Part shown: positions 30,433-40,343 of the stretch, one piece after another
How positions within the stretch are numbered: position 1 is the first letter of the stretch
Layout: every line of letters begins with the position of its first letter
Origin: Nitrospirales bacterium
GTDB taxonomy: Bacteria; Nitrospirota; Nitrospiria; Nitrospirales; UBA8639
Length of the DNA: 64,000 nt
Direction: 5' to 3'
Assembly (NCBI GenBank): GCA_963422365.1
Contig: OY729426.1
Coordinates: forward strand, 864,001-928,000
Notes under the pieces: model-generated
What the model saw: the letters and a program-made list of their open reading frames with translations, nothing else
Told to the model about the DNA's origin: nothing
Database searches by the model: none
Translations under genes and position numbers: made by a program

Positions 30433-33400
30433 GTAGTCTGACCAATGGTCTAGCCTACACCTTCCGCGTTCGTGCGGTGGGCAACAACGGTATCGTGGGT
30501 CCCCCGTCGGATGTTGTCCGGGCCACGCCGAGGGCCGGCAGAGTGACGAGAGCGGCGGCGGCCGGGGGGCTCACCGTCATCGGGGCGGACCCGGGCACGC
30601 TCGACATCACGGGCGACCGCATCACCGCCACGGTGGGCGGCACGGGGGTGGGGCTGACGCTGCCGTCTGCACACGGCGTCACCCGGGTCACCTTCTCGAG
30701 GCCGCCGCGGGCAGCCGTCCCGGCACCGCAGGCTGGGGTGACCTTTGGAGCGGCAGCGGCCTACGTGAACGTGGAGCTAGACCCGCCGCTGCCCTCAGCC
30801 TCACCGGCCACGGTCTGTCTGCACCGGCCGGCCGGGCTGTCGGGCCATGCCGCGGTCTATCACCTGGCCGAGCAGGGCCGTGAGTGGGAAGCACTGGCCG
30901 GGGCCGGCCCCGAGCATCAGGCCCGGCGACCGGGGGACATCTGCAGCAGCCTGCGAAGTGGGTCGCCGGTTGTCGTCGGGACCCGAACCGTGGAGGGGGC
31001 CACCCACACCCGTGACGCCGACCCCCTGGGCGTCACGTTATCCGACACCCGTGTCACGGTCACCGAAGCCAGTGGTGCCGGGCGCACCGCCACCTACACC
31101 GTGGGGCTCACGGCCCAGCCGAGTAGCGCTGTCACCATCACCCCGACCAGCGGCGAGCCCGGCGTGGCCACCATCACCCCCTCATCCATCACCTTCACCC
31201 CCGCCACCTGGGACACGGCCCAGGCCGTCACCGTCACCGGGGTGGATGACCGCGTTGATGCGGATCGCCGGACGACCATTACCCATACCGTCACCGGGGG
31301 GGGCTATGACGCGGTACGTATCCCCGACGTGGCCGTCACGCTGACGGATGACGACACGGTAGCGGCCCGGCTCTTCGGCTTTGCCGGGGACACCCTGACC
31401 GTCACCGAGGCCGACGGCGCCATGCACCGCACCTACTACCAAATCGTCCTGCAAAGCCAGCCGACCGGCGCCGTCACCATCATTCCCACCAGCGGGAAGA
31501 CCGGCGTAGCCACCGTCACCCCTTCATCCATCACCTTCACCGCTGATACCTGGGCCGAGCCACAGAGCCTCGCGGTCACCGGCGTGGACGACCACGTTGA
31601 TGGGGGAGACCGACGCACCACCATCACCCATACCGTCTCTGGGGGCGGCTACGACGCGGTGCGCATTCCCGACGTGGCCGTCACGCTGACGGATGACGAC
31701 GTGGCCGGCATCACCGTCACCGAGACGGATGGCCACACCGTGACCACCGAAGGGGGGAGTCGCGACAGCGTCAGCGTGGTGTTAGACAGCCAGCCCACGG
31801 CCGAGGTCACCCTCACCGTCTCGAGTTCCGACGTGAGTGAAGGCACTGTTGACACGAGCCGCCTGGTCTTCACCCCCCACAACTGGGCCACCGCGCAGGT
31901 GATCACGGTCACCGGGGTGGATGACCGGTTGGATGATGGCGAGCAGTCGTACAAGATCGAACTGGGTATCGCAGCCAGTCGCGACAGCCACTACAATGGG
32001 CTCAAGCCTGATGATGTGGTGGTCACCTCGACGGGCGCGTTCTTCGTTGCACTCACCGGGGTTGTCCTGGGCACGACCAAGATAGAGGGCTACACCATCA
32101 CCACACAGGTAGACGGGGCGGGGGTGCAGTTGACGCTGCCGGCCGGGGTGACCTTTGGGGCCGAGCCGGCCTCCCTGGAGATCCGGCTGGACGCGCCGCT
32201 CGCCTCAGCGGCCACGGTCTGTCTGCAGCAGCCCGCCGGGCTGTCGGGGACGCTGTTTGTGTATCATCTTGCCGATAAGGCCCAGACGTGGGAGAAACTG
32301 TCGCCCGCAGCGGCGCCCCGCGGGTATGTCTGCGGCGAAACAGGCAGCTTTTCGGTGTTTGTCGTGGGGTCGCCCCTGCCGGGTTTCGGGGCAGCCTCGA
32401 TTGAGGAGTACAGCTGGACGGTTGGCGAGGCCGTTGACGTGCGGCTGCCGGCAGCCACGGGGGGAGACGGGCCGATCACCTACCGGCTGAGTCCGGCTCT
32501 CCCGGCGGGGCTCAGTTTTGAGGCAAAGGCGCGCACCATCACCGGCACGCCCACGGAGGCGGTGGCGAAGACGCGGTTCACCGACACGGCCACAGACACC
32601 GACGGCCAGACGGGGCAGTTGCACTTCAGGGTGACGGTGCAGGCTGCTGAGGTGAGGCACCGTTCCCGGGCGCTCACGGTGGCCCTCGCGGCGTTCGGGC
32701 GGACGGCCGCCACCGAGGCGGTAGACGTAATCGGGCGCCGGTTTGAGGCGGCGCCGGTCACGACGCCGGCGGTCACGGTGGGGGGCACGGCAGTCCCCGC
32801 CCTGGACGTCCGGTCCGTAGCGGGGGTGTTGGGCGGGGTGCTGGGCCTGACGGGAGCGAGCCGGGACTCGGCCGGCCGAGGCCGAGCGGCCGAGGGCCGG
32901 GTGGCCCCGAGCCGGTCCCCGCGGCTTGCGGCCACGGACGTGTTTGCGCGCAGCGAGTTTGCCGTGCCGTTGACCGGGACGAACGAGGGTGAATTGACAA
33001 CGGGCTGGACCTTCTGGGGCACGGGGGCAGCCAGCGGCTTTTCCAGTCAGCTCCTGGAGACCGACGGGGCGGTCTACACGGGCTACGTAGGACTGGACTA
33101 CCGGTTCGGGCAGAAGGGGCTAGCGGGCGTCGCGGTGTCGCACAGCGTGGGGGGCCTGGACTACGAGGTCGCGGGGGACTTTCTCCTGGTCAGCGGCGAG
33201 CGAGGGGGCATCCGGGGCGAGGTAGACCTAGCCATGACCAGCGTGCTGCCCTATGTCCACTACACGCCGTCTCCGGGGCTTGGGCTGTGGGGCCTCGCGG
33301 GCGCGGGCGTAGGGGAGCTGGAGGTGCAAGACGCCGCCGGGCGCGTGGAGACGGACGTTCAGTTGCTGCTGGCCGCGGTAGGCGGGCGGCAGGCGCTGAC

Positions 33401-34118
33401 CACGTGGCACGGGATCGAGGTGGCGGTAAAATCCGATGCGTTTGCCGTGCGGGTGAAAGCGGACGAAGCCGCGGGGCTGGCGGCGGTGACCGGGGTGGCG
33501 CACCGGGCGCGGGTGGCGCTGGCGATGAAGACGGACGTCGCCCTGTCACCAGAGTCGGCCCTGCAGCCCAGTGTGGAGCTGGGGGGGCGCTGGGACAACG
33601 GCGACGCCGAGACGGGGATGGGAGCAGAGCTCAGCGGCGGGGTCGAGTATCAGCAGAGGTGGTGGGGGGTGAGTCTCGCGGCTCGCGGCCGGTATCTGCT
33701 GGCGCATCAGGCAACGGACTTTGAGGCTTGGGGCGGCAGTCTCGCCGTGAAAGTAGGAGAGGGGCTGGGGGGGCAGGGGCTGTGGGTGGCGTTCGAGCCG
33801 ACGTGGGGCACCCCGGCCAGTGGCGTGGAGCAGTTGTGGGGCCGTGAGGCCGGGCCGGCCGGCAACGGGGCGCCCGCGGGCGGGGCCGTGGGCCGGCTGA
33901 CGGCGGACGTTGGCTATGGGCTGGCCCTGCGCCAGCCCGGGTGGCTGGTGACGCCCTACGGGGGCGTCGCCACCGGGCCGGCCACCAGCCGGTATCGGCT
34001 GGGCGGCCACCTCCAGGTCCACGAGGCCATGGCCCTCAGCCTCGAGGGGATACAGCAAACCACCCTTGACAGCGCCACTGAGCACGGCATCGTGTTCTCC
34101 TGGACGGTGGGCTTGTAG
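30426..34118 (+). CDS. Giant surface adhesin, 3' part (Calx-beta-like repeats, Ig-like He_PIG domain, autotransporter-type beta-barrel); same gene as 27304-30432 across a frameshift
   Basis: Begins mid-FN3 (SSLTNGLAYTFRVRAV); LPAATGGDGPITY.LSPALPAGLSF...TITGTP Ig domain; barrel strands WTFWGTG, GYVGLDYRF, VELGGRWDNGDAETGMGAEL. Confidence 0.85.
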   Translation: MVSSLTNGLAYTFRVRAVGNNGIVGPPSDVVRATPRAGRVTRAAAAGGLTVIGADPGTLDITGDRITATVGGTGVGLTLPSAHGVTRVTFSRPPRAAVPAPQAGVTFGAAAAYVNVELDPPLPSASPATVCLHRPAGLSGHAAVYHLAEQGREWEALAGAGPEHQARRPGDICSSLRSGSPVVVGTRTVEGATHTRDADPLGVTLSDTRVTVTEASGAGRTATYTVGLTAQPSSAVTITPTSGEPGVATITPSSITFTPATWDTAQAVTVTGVDDRVDADRRTTITHTVTGGGYDAVRIPDVAVTLTDDDTVAARLFGFAGDTLTVTEADGAMHRTYYQIVLQSQPTGAVTIIPTSGKTGVATVTPSSITFTADTWAEPQSLAVTGVDDHVDGGDRRTTITHTVSGGGYDAVRIPDVAVTLTDDDVAGITVTETDGHTVTTEGGSRDSVSVVLDSQPTAEVTLTVSSSDVSEGTVDTSRLVFTPHNWATAQVITVTGVDDRLDDGEQSYKIELGIAASRDSHYNGLKPDDVVVTSTGAFFVALTGVVLGTTKIEGYTITTQVDGAGVQLTLPAGVTFGAEPASLEIRLDAPLASAATVCLQQPAGLSGTLFVYHLADKAQTWEKLSPAAAPRGYVCGETGSFSVFVVGSPLPGFGAASIEEYSWTVGEAVDVRLPAATGGDGPITYRLSPALPAGLSFEAKARTITGTPTEAVAKTRFTDTATDTDGQTGQLHFRVTVQAAEVRHRSRALTVALAAFGRTAATEAVDVIGRRFEAAPVTTPAVTVGGTAVPALDVRSVAGVLGGVLGLTGASRDSAGRGRAAEGRVAPSRSPRLAATDVFARSEFAVPLTGTNEGELTTGWTFWGTGAASGFSSQLLETDGAVYTGYVGLDYRFGQKGLAGVAVSHSVGGLDYEVAGDFLLVSGERGGIRGEVDLAMTSVLPYVHYTPSPGLGLWGLAGAGVGELEVQDAAGRVETDVQLLLAAVGGRQALTTWHGIEVAVKSDAFAVRVKADEAAGLAAVTGVAHRARVALAMKTDVALSPESALQPSVELGGRWDNGDAETGMGAELSGGVEYQQRWWGVSLAARGRYLLAHQATDFEAWGGSLAVKVGEGLGGQGLWVAFEPTWGTPASGVEQLWGREAGPAGNGAPAGGAVGRLTADVGYGLALRQPGWLVTPYGGVATGPATSRYRLGGHLQVHEAMALSLEGIQQTTLDSATEHGIVFSWTVGL

Positions 34119-34290
34119 GGAGGAAGGGGCCTCGGCCATCCCCCCCCCACTGCAAGAGGTCGGCAGACAGCGAGCAGGGCGCCCCGGCTTTTCAGGCAGG
34201 GCTGGATCTGACACAGGGGGGGGAATGCGCCACTTTGAGTTTGCCGGGAAGCAAGAGAAACGAATGGCGCATGGGGCTGCATATATTGTT

Positions 34291-35037
34291 TTATCGAAGG
34301 AAAAAATTTTTTCCTGCGTTCACCAGAGCCCGGAAAAGACGTTTTTGGACCGGATCCAGATCGTAGAGGAATTCCGGATGCCATTGGACACCTAATAAAA
34401 ATGAACGATCCGGAGCTTCAATGGCTTCAATGACGCCATCAGGGGCGACAGCGGTCTGAAGAAGTTTCGGAGCCACCTTCTTGATGGATTGATGGTGGGA
34501 GCTATTCACCTCAACGCGAGATTTTCTGGCAATGCGGCGTAAAAGGCAATGTGGGGCAATATCCACGGAATGCGCCGTTTTTGTCGCCGAACAGGCTGGC
34601 AGATGTTCAATAGAGGTGTTGAGTTGTGACGGAATGTCTTGATACAGCGTGCCGCCCAGGGCGACGTTGATTGATTGCATGCCGCCGCAAATGCCTAACG
34701 TGGGAACATCGGCCTGGTAAGCCACTTTGGCGGCTCCTAGTTCGAAAGTCGCCCGTTCGTGACTCATGCGTGTAAACTTGTGTTGTTGTGGTTCCCCGTA
34801 TAATTCGGGCGCCAGGTCGGACCCGCTGCCTGTGATGAGGAGAGCATGCACGTGGGCCACCATCTGGCGCCATGCGGCCCTGTTCGACAACAGAGGCAAG
34901 AGAACAGGAATTCCCCCGGCATCTTCAATCGCCCTCATATATCTGGCGCGAAGAAAATAGGTCGGCTCTTTGCCGCCCATGTCCTTGCGATCCCCGGCAT
35001 TAAAGTCAGGCGTGACGCCAATAATCGGTTTTTTCAT
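34291..35037 (-). CDS. Gamma-glutamyl-gamma-aminobutyrate hydrolase family (peptidase C26) glutamine amidotransferase
   Basis: KPIIGVT, LGICGGMQ, VNSSHHQ and GVQWHPE. Confidence 0.9.
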   Translation of the reverse strand: MKKPIIGVTPDFNAGDRKDMGGKEPTYFLRARYMRAIEDAGGIPVLLPLLSNRAAWRQMVAHVHALLITGSGSDLAPELYGEPQQHKFTRMSHERATFELGAAKVAYQADVPTLGICGGMQSINVALGGTLYQDIPSQLNTSIEHLPACSATKTAHSVDIAPHCLLRRIARKSRVEVNSSHHQSIKKVAPKLLQTAVAPDGVIEAIEAPDRSFLLGVQWHPEFLYDLDPVQKRLFRALVNAGKNFFLR

Positions 35038-35072
35038 GAGGGTCGGTATCCCCTTCGGCTTGCTTTCTCGGA

Positions 35073-35564
35073 CTATTCCACCACGGGCGGAACGTCCAAG
35101 TTGGCGAACAAGTTTTCTTTGAGAACATGACCGTTCTGCCGTATGGCATTCTCCAGTTCCTGAGAAAGTATATCCTGAGATAACAGGATCGTTTCCCGGC
35201 GAAGGCCTTCATCGATTGCGATCTGCAATTTCGTCTGGCATAGATATTGGAGAAACAGATCTTGGCCTCGTTGAAAATACTCGTCATATTCCTCTTTCGG
35301 GAGATGGCGAAGGATTTTCCGTAACCAGGACTCTAATTGAAGGATCTGTTTGAAACGTGAGACATGGGGTTGAGCAATCTCAACCACGAGTTGCATGCCT
35401 CCTTTCCAACTCCGCTTTTTGACGTTAAACACACAATAGAAAATATCGGGTTGGGTTTCATGAACGTCAGGCCCGAAAAATAACGTGGTTCGATACGGTG
35501 GAATTTTTGGAGAGGACAGGGTAGACATCGATGGCGATGTTACCATGTGTTGAATCCAATACAA
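35073..35564 (-). CDS. Hypothetical protein
   Basis: 163-aa ORF co-oriented with the C26 gene; start uncertain. Confidence 0.6.
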   Translation of the reverse strand: MYWIQHMVTSPSMSTLSSPKIPPYRTTLFFGPDVHETQPDIFYCVFNVKKRSWKGGMQLVVEIAQPHVSRFKQILQLESWLRKILRHLPKEEYDEYFQRGQDLFLQYLCQTKLQIAIDEGLRRETILLSQDILSQELENAIRQNGHVLKENLFANLDVPPVVE

Positions 35565-35624
35565 AGGACTGCCCTTTGACTCTGCGTGGAGATGGCTTGG
35601 AGACTTTTCTGCTTTTTGAGCGGG

Positions 35625-35653
35625 TTGACACGGCCCATCGTGGTCTTTACAGT
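35625..35653 (+). promoter_or_regulatory. Sigma70-type promoter upstream of the tatA-like gene
   Basis: TTGACA-17 nt-TACAGT. Confidence 0.55.
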
Positions 35654-35697
35654 ACTCTCAAGAAGTTATTGGTCTTCTATCCTTTGAAGGATTTGTT

Positions 35698-36519
35698 ATG
35701 TTTGGGACCCTCGGATTTTCAGAACTGATCATTATTCTGGTCATTGTTCTGATCATTTTTGGAGCAGGGCGGCTTCCTCAAATTGGAGAGGGAGTCGGGA
35801 AAGCCCTGAAGGGTTTTAAAAAGGAAGTCCATGATAGTCCTCCTCCTACGGAAGAGCCAAGCCTCCAGGTTGCCTTACCCGATCCTGCACTTGATCCTGC
35901 GGCTCAGCCCGTAACTGCTCTAGGAGCACAAGCGGCAGACTCTGCGCCTCAGCCCGTGACTCAGCAACCCCTTCAGCCTGGTCCCGAAAGAACCCCTGGG
36001 ACGTTAGCGGCACAGGTGTATGGTGGATTTGGTCCTGAAACGGTTCATCCTGCTTCTCACCCTGCTGCAGACACAGGATCGGCAGGACCCTCTCCCTATC
36101 AAGAGCAGTTTGAACCGGTAACCATGGAGCAGCGTGCCGCGAGTTCAGTGCCTCAACCGTTGGCACAGTATCCACCTCTTCCTCCTTCGGCTATGCCTGC
36201 TCAAGCAGGAAAACGGCCGGCGGCTATTGTGAATAAAAAGGCTGTCGCTCGTGTTCAGGCGCAACGAGCTGAGATGCAGGCCAAGGCCGCCAAACCTGCA
36301 GCTGCCGCGGGAAGTGACGACCTGCAATCTTTGGGAGAAGGATTGGGTGGCGCCCTCCGAACCTTTCGTGAAGCCACGGCGGATGTGCGGAATTCTCTTG
36401 ATCCAGAGATGCGGACGATTCAAGCCGAGCTTGAATCGGCGCAAAAAGAAGTTGAACAGTCCATTGAAGTGGTGAAACAACCGCCGTTACCCAAAGCTCC
36501 CCCCCTCCCACAACCGTAA
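35698..36519 (+). CDS. tatA: TatA/E-family twin-arginine translocase subunit with long C-terminal extension
   Basis: [38 protein letters not shown]. Confidence 0.85.
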   Translation: MFGTLGFSELIIILVIVLIIFGAGRLPQIGEGVGKALKGFKKEVHDSPPPTEEPSLQVALPDPALDPAAQPVTALGAQAADSAPQPVTQQPLQPGPERTPGTLAAQVYGGFGPETVHPASHPAADTGSAGPSPYQEQFEPVTMEQRAASSVPQPLAQYPPLPPSAMPAQAGKRPAAIVNKKAVARVQAQRAEMQAKAAKPAAAAGSDDLQSLGEGLGGALRTFREATADVRNSLDPEMRTIQAELESAQKEVEQSIEVVKQPPLPKAPPLPQP

Positions 36520-36555
36520 CAGGCGTAACAGGATATTGAAAAAACATGTCCTGAG

Positions 36556-37461
36556 TTGTCCTTCGGTCCTTCTTCGCCTTCGGCTCAGAAGGACACAGGC
36601 TGTTCCGATGCCGCCGTAGATCATGGCCAATGTTGTCTTGCCTTGATGCCCACATTGGTTTTCAATAAGCTGCTACGTGTCAGTGGAACGCTCTGCGTGT
36701 TCGTAAAAACCCCCTCTCTGGCCCTCCTTCTCTTTGGCGTCTCGTTGGCCTTGAGTTGTCAGGGAGAAACCCCCGTTGGGGACCCACAAAGGGTCACCAC
36801 TCGTCTCGTGACCCTTCTTCAAGACCCTTCCCACGATGTTCGACGAACGGCTGCGCTTTCTCTTGGCAAAATTGGGCATTCCACTGCAACGATGGCCTTA
36901 GTTCAGGCTTTATCCGACCCCGACCATAAAGTTCGTGAATATAGTGCTTGGGCCTTGGGACAGATAGGGGAAGACGTGAACGACAAGGCAGCCCTTCGCC
37001 TTGCAGAATCCCTAGGTGATACGCACCATTCTGTAAAAAAATCAGCCGCACAGGCGTTGGGAAAAATCGGCCCTCGTCAACCAGTCATTGGAATACTCAC
37101 ACAAGCTTTGTCAGTCGGAGAGAGACACAGCCGGCGTGCTGCCGCTGAAGCGCTCACACAGCTTGAAGCCCAAAGTATCTATCGGGCTTTGCGGGAAGCC
37201 CTGGCTGACCCGGACCCGGCCGTGCGACAGGGTGCCATCGCTGCGTTAGGTGAGTTGGCTGATCGTCGAGCCCTCTTTGATTTTCGGCAACGACTCTTGT
37301 TTGATCCTGACAGAGGCGTACGAACCGAGGCTGCCTATCGACTGGGAAAATTGGGAGATCCCCAAGAGTTACCAGCCCTTGACTGGGCAGCACAGAACGA
37401 TGCGTCCCCCATTGTTCGTTTGTGGGCCAACTGGGCAACGGCCAATATTACTGATGAGTAA
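36556..37461 (+). CDS. HEAT/PBS-lyase repeat protein, possibly a lipoprotein (start uncertain)
   Basis: Repeated L.D....VR..AA..LG.IG; LALSC lipobox-like motif. Confidence 0.8.
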   Translation: MSFGPSSPSAQKDTGCSDAAVDHGQCCLALMPTLVFNKLLRVSGTLCVFVKTPSLALLLFGVSLALSCQGETPVGDPQRVTTRLVTLLQDPSHDVRRTAALSLGKIGHSTATMALVQALSDPDHKVREYSAWALGQIGEDVNDKAALRLAESLGDTHHSVKKSAAQALGKIGPRQPVIGILTQALSVGERHSRRAAAEALTQLEAQSIYRALREALADPDPAVRQGAIAALGELADRRALFDFRQRLLFDPDRGVRTEAAYRLGKLGDPQELPALDWAAQNDASPIVRLWANWATANITDE

Positions 37462-37504
37462 GCCTCGCGGGATGAGGCCTGCCGGAATCTCCTGTGATGG
37501 CTGG

Positions 37505-39502
37505 CTATTCGACTTTCGTGTCCACAAGGAGTCCAATGGCTCGGCGAATATGAGCGTGGGCACCCAGCAGAACCACGATGTCCCCGGCTTCGATGACGGT
37601 TTTGTCTGAGGGGTTGGATTGCGTGACTCCGTCACGCATGAAGGCAATCACGGATGCTCCGGTTCTTGGCCGAATAGCCAACTCATGAAGTGATTGACCC
37701 AGAGCGGGTGAACCTTCATCGATGCGGCAGGTTTCCATTTCCACGTCCTCGAGCGTTCCGGACCGAAGATGGTGGGCGAGTTCGGGAAGTTCCCCCCGGC
37801 GGAGAAGCGCATAGCCTTCTTGCCGGATTTGTTCAGCCTTCCGAAGAATGACGTGTTGAGGAGTTTGAAACGATTGGAGGACAAGGGTTGAAATTTCAAT
37901 CGACGTTTCAAATTCTTCAGGAATAATTTCATTGGCTCCGAGTTGCTGCAATTCTTCGAGCTCTTTGAGATATCGGGTCCGAACAATGACGTGAATCGAC
38001 GGGTTCAAGCTTTTGGCAAGTTGGACGATACGCCGTGCTCCAAAAGGGTCAGAAATGGCGACCACAAGGACCTTGGCATTTTCAATTTGGACCTGATGCA
38101 AGACCGTTGGATTGGTGGCATCGCCATATTGAATGGGGACACCCGTCCCCATTGCTAATTGAACCACCTCCCCCCGTATATCCAAGACGACATAGGGAAT
38201 CTCGAACTCTCGAAGGACTCGTGAAAGATTTCGGCCATTCAAGCCGTATCCGACAATGATGACGTGATCCCTGAGTTTGAATTGGGCCGTTTCCGCGCGT
38301 AGCGATACACGCCCGGGCAACCATTGGTGCAACCGTTGCATGGCTTCCGTCCGTCGCGCGATTTTGGGGGACCATTGGATCAAAAATGGTGCGATGATCA
38401 TGGTCAGGACCGAGACGGCGAGAAAGATATTATAGGTTTCACGGTACAGGATACCCGCCTTGAGGCCTTCTTCAGCCAAGATGAAGGCAAATTCGCCTAC
38501 TTGAGCCAAGGCGACACCAGCTAGGATCGCTGAACGAAGCGGAGCGCCGACTGCTAAAACCGCAGCGGCTCCCGTCACAAATTTTCCAATGACCACTGCA
38601 CCGACCATGGTCATGATGAGAAGCGGGTGTTCCAAGATCACCCGCGTATCCATGAGCATGCCGATCGAGACAAAAAATAAGCTGTTAAAACTGTCCCGAA
38701 ACGGGAGAACCTCGGCAAGTGCCTGGTGACTGTATTCCGATTCGGAGATGATGAGTCCGGCGATAAAAGCGCCGAGGGCGATGGATAACCCAAATAGTGA
38801 GGTCAACCACGCCGTACCCATGCAGAGGACCACGATGGTCAGGAGAAATAATTCTCGACTTTTCGTCCGAACGATATGCTCAAGGAGTTTGGGTACGAAG
38901 ACTCTAGCGGCGAGCACAATAAGGAAAACCAGAGCAAGAGATTGTCCGAGGGCGAGCAGAATGCGACCAATGCCTTCTGATCCTTGGTTCCCCAAAAATG
39001 GCGTCATGAGCATCATGGGCACGATGGCCAAGTCTTGAAATATTAAAATGCCGATCGTGGATCGTCCGTGGAGGGTATCGCTTTCGCCTCGTTCAGCCAG
39101 CGCTTTCAGGACGATGGCCGTGCTGCTCAGGGTGACCAAGAATCCCCAAAAGATGGCGGAGTTCGTGTCGATTTCCAAGAGTACCCCGCCAACGACGAAA
39201 AAGAGCAGGACACCAAAAATCTGGGCCGGTCCTCCCACAAAAAACAAGATTTTCGAGGACTTCACGTTCGTTAAAGAAAATTCCAGGCCGATCGTAAAAA
39301 GCAGAAGCATCACCCCAATCTCCGCAAGCACGTGCACTTGTTCTCGATCAGAAATGAGGTTGAGCCCATAGGGACCAACGAGAGCCCCCACGACGAGGAA
39401 CCCCGCAATCGAGGGAAGGTGGAGTTTTTGAAACAGGAACACCACCACGATGGACACGGAAAAAATAATAATGACGTCCCTGAGTGCGCTGATTTCATCC
39501 AT
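37505..39502 (-). CDS. Kef-type cation:proton antiporter (CPA2) with TrkA-N and TrkA-C domains
   Basis: AEIGVMLLLFTIGLEFS, LSSTAIVLK, ILIFQD, AQVGEFAF and HVIIVGYGLNG. Confidence 0.92.
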   Translation of the reverse strand: MDEISALRDVIIIFSVSIVVVFLFQKLHLPSIAGFLVVGALVGPYGLNLISDREQVHVLAEIGVMLLLFTIGLEFSLTNVKSSKILFFVGGPAQIFGVLLFFVVGGVLLEIDTNSAIFWGFLVTLSSTAIVLKALAERGESDTLHGRSTIGILIFQDLAIVPMMLMTPFLGNQGSEGIGRILLALGQSLALVFLIVLAARVFVPKLLEHIVRTKSRELFLLTIVVLCMGTAWLTSLFGLSIALGAFIAGLIISESEYSHQALAEVLPFRDSFNSLFFVSIGMLMDTRVILEHPLLIMTMVGAVVIGKFVTGAAAVLAVGAPLRSAILAGVALAQVGEFAFILAEEGLKAGILYRETYNIFLAVSVLTMIIAPFLIQWSPKIARRTEAMQRLHQWLPGRVSLRAETAQFKLRDHVIIVGYGLNGRNLSRVLREFEIPYVVLDIRGEVVQLAMGTGVPIQYGDATNPTVLHQVQIENAKVLVVAISDPFGARRIVQLAKSLNPSIHVIVRTRYLKELEELQQLGANEIIPEEFETSIEISTLVLQSFQTPQHVILRKAEQIRQEGYALLRRGELPELAHHLRSGTLEDVEMETCRIDEGSPALGQSLHELAIRPRTGASVIAFMRDGVTQSNPSDKTVIEAGDIVVLLGAHAHIRRAIGLLVDTKVE

Positions 39503-39704
39503 AATGATTGCTCTGGAAAACAGAAGAATCGAACGAAATGGTGATCCTCTCGCTCACTCAATCCCGTGACGACAGTCAGAGAAAGTTGGAGGGCGGTTTC
39601 CCCCTCGGCTGTTCAGTGAACGCCTCACACCTCCCCTGACAGGAGATCTGGAAGCCGCTTCTCGGTTCGTCGAACGACAGCCGGTTACACTTGGAACTGC
39701 GGGC

Positions 39705-40328
39705 TTAAGAACACAAGTCTTGAAAGAGCCAGGGGGCTTCTTGTTTTCTTCTTGCTTCGTAGCCGGCAATATCCTTTTCGCGTTGAAGGGTCAATCCAAT
39801 AGCGTCCAACCCTTGCAGAAGGCACTGTTTTCGAAAAGGATCAATGGAAAATTGAAACGTGGATTTCTGCGGCGTGGATATCGTTTGAGCAGCTAAGTCG
39901 ATCGTCAGTTGAACCTGATCATCCGCGTAGACCTGATCGAAGAGCTGCTGAATGTCTTGGGCTTCCAGGGCAATCGGCAGGATGCTGTTTTGAAAGCAAT
40001 TATTATAAAAAATCTCGGCAAAGCTCGGAGCAAGAATGGAGCGAATCCCATAATCCAACAGCGCCCAGGGCGCATGTTCCCTGGAAGAACCACATCCGAA
40101 ATTGTCACGAGTGAGCAGAATGGTGGCATGGGCATACTGCGGTTGATTCATAAAAAAATCCGGGTCCGGCAAGCCATCGGGGAGATGGCGCCAATCTGCA
40201 AAGAGCCCTTCTTTCAATCCCGTTCGATGAATCGTCTTTAAATATTGCTTGGGAATGATCTGGTCGGTATCGACGTTGACGCGATCCAGAGGAGCGACTT
40301 GTCCGGTATGGGTGGTAAAGGGGTTCAT
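39705..40328 (-). CDS. leuD: 3-isopropylmalate dehydratase small subunit
   Basis: NVDTDQIIPKQYL and NFGCGSSREHAPWAL. Confidence 0.97.
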   Translation of the reverse strand: MNPFTTHTGQVAPLDRVNVDTDQIIPKQYLKTIHRTGLKEGLFADWRHLPDGLPDPDFFMNQPQYAHATILLTRDNFGCGSSREHAPWALLDYGIRSILAPSFAEIFYNNCFQNSILPIALEAQDIQQLFDQVYADDQVQLTIDLAAQTISTPQKSTFQFSIDPFRKQCLLQGLDAIGLTLQREKDIAGYEARRKQEAPWLFQDLCS

Positions 40329-40343
40329 GGCAACGCTCTTGAA

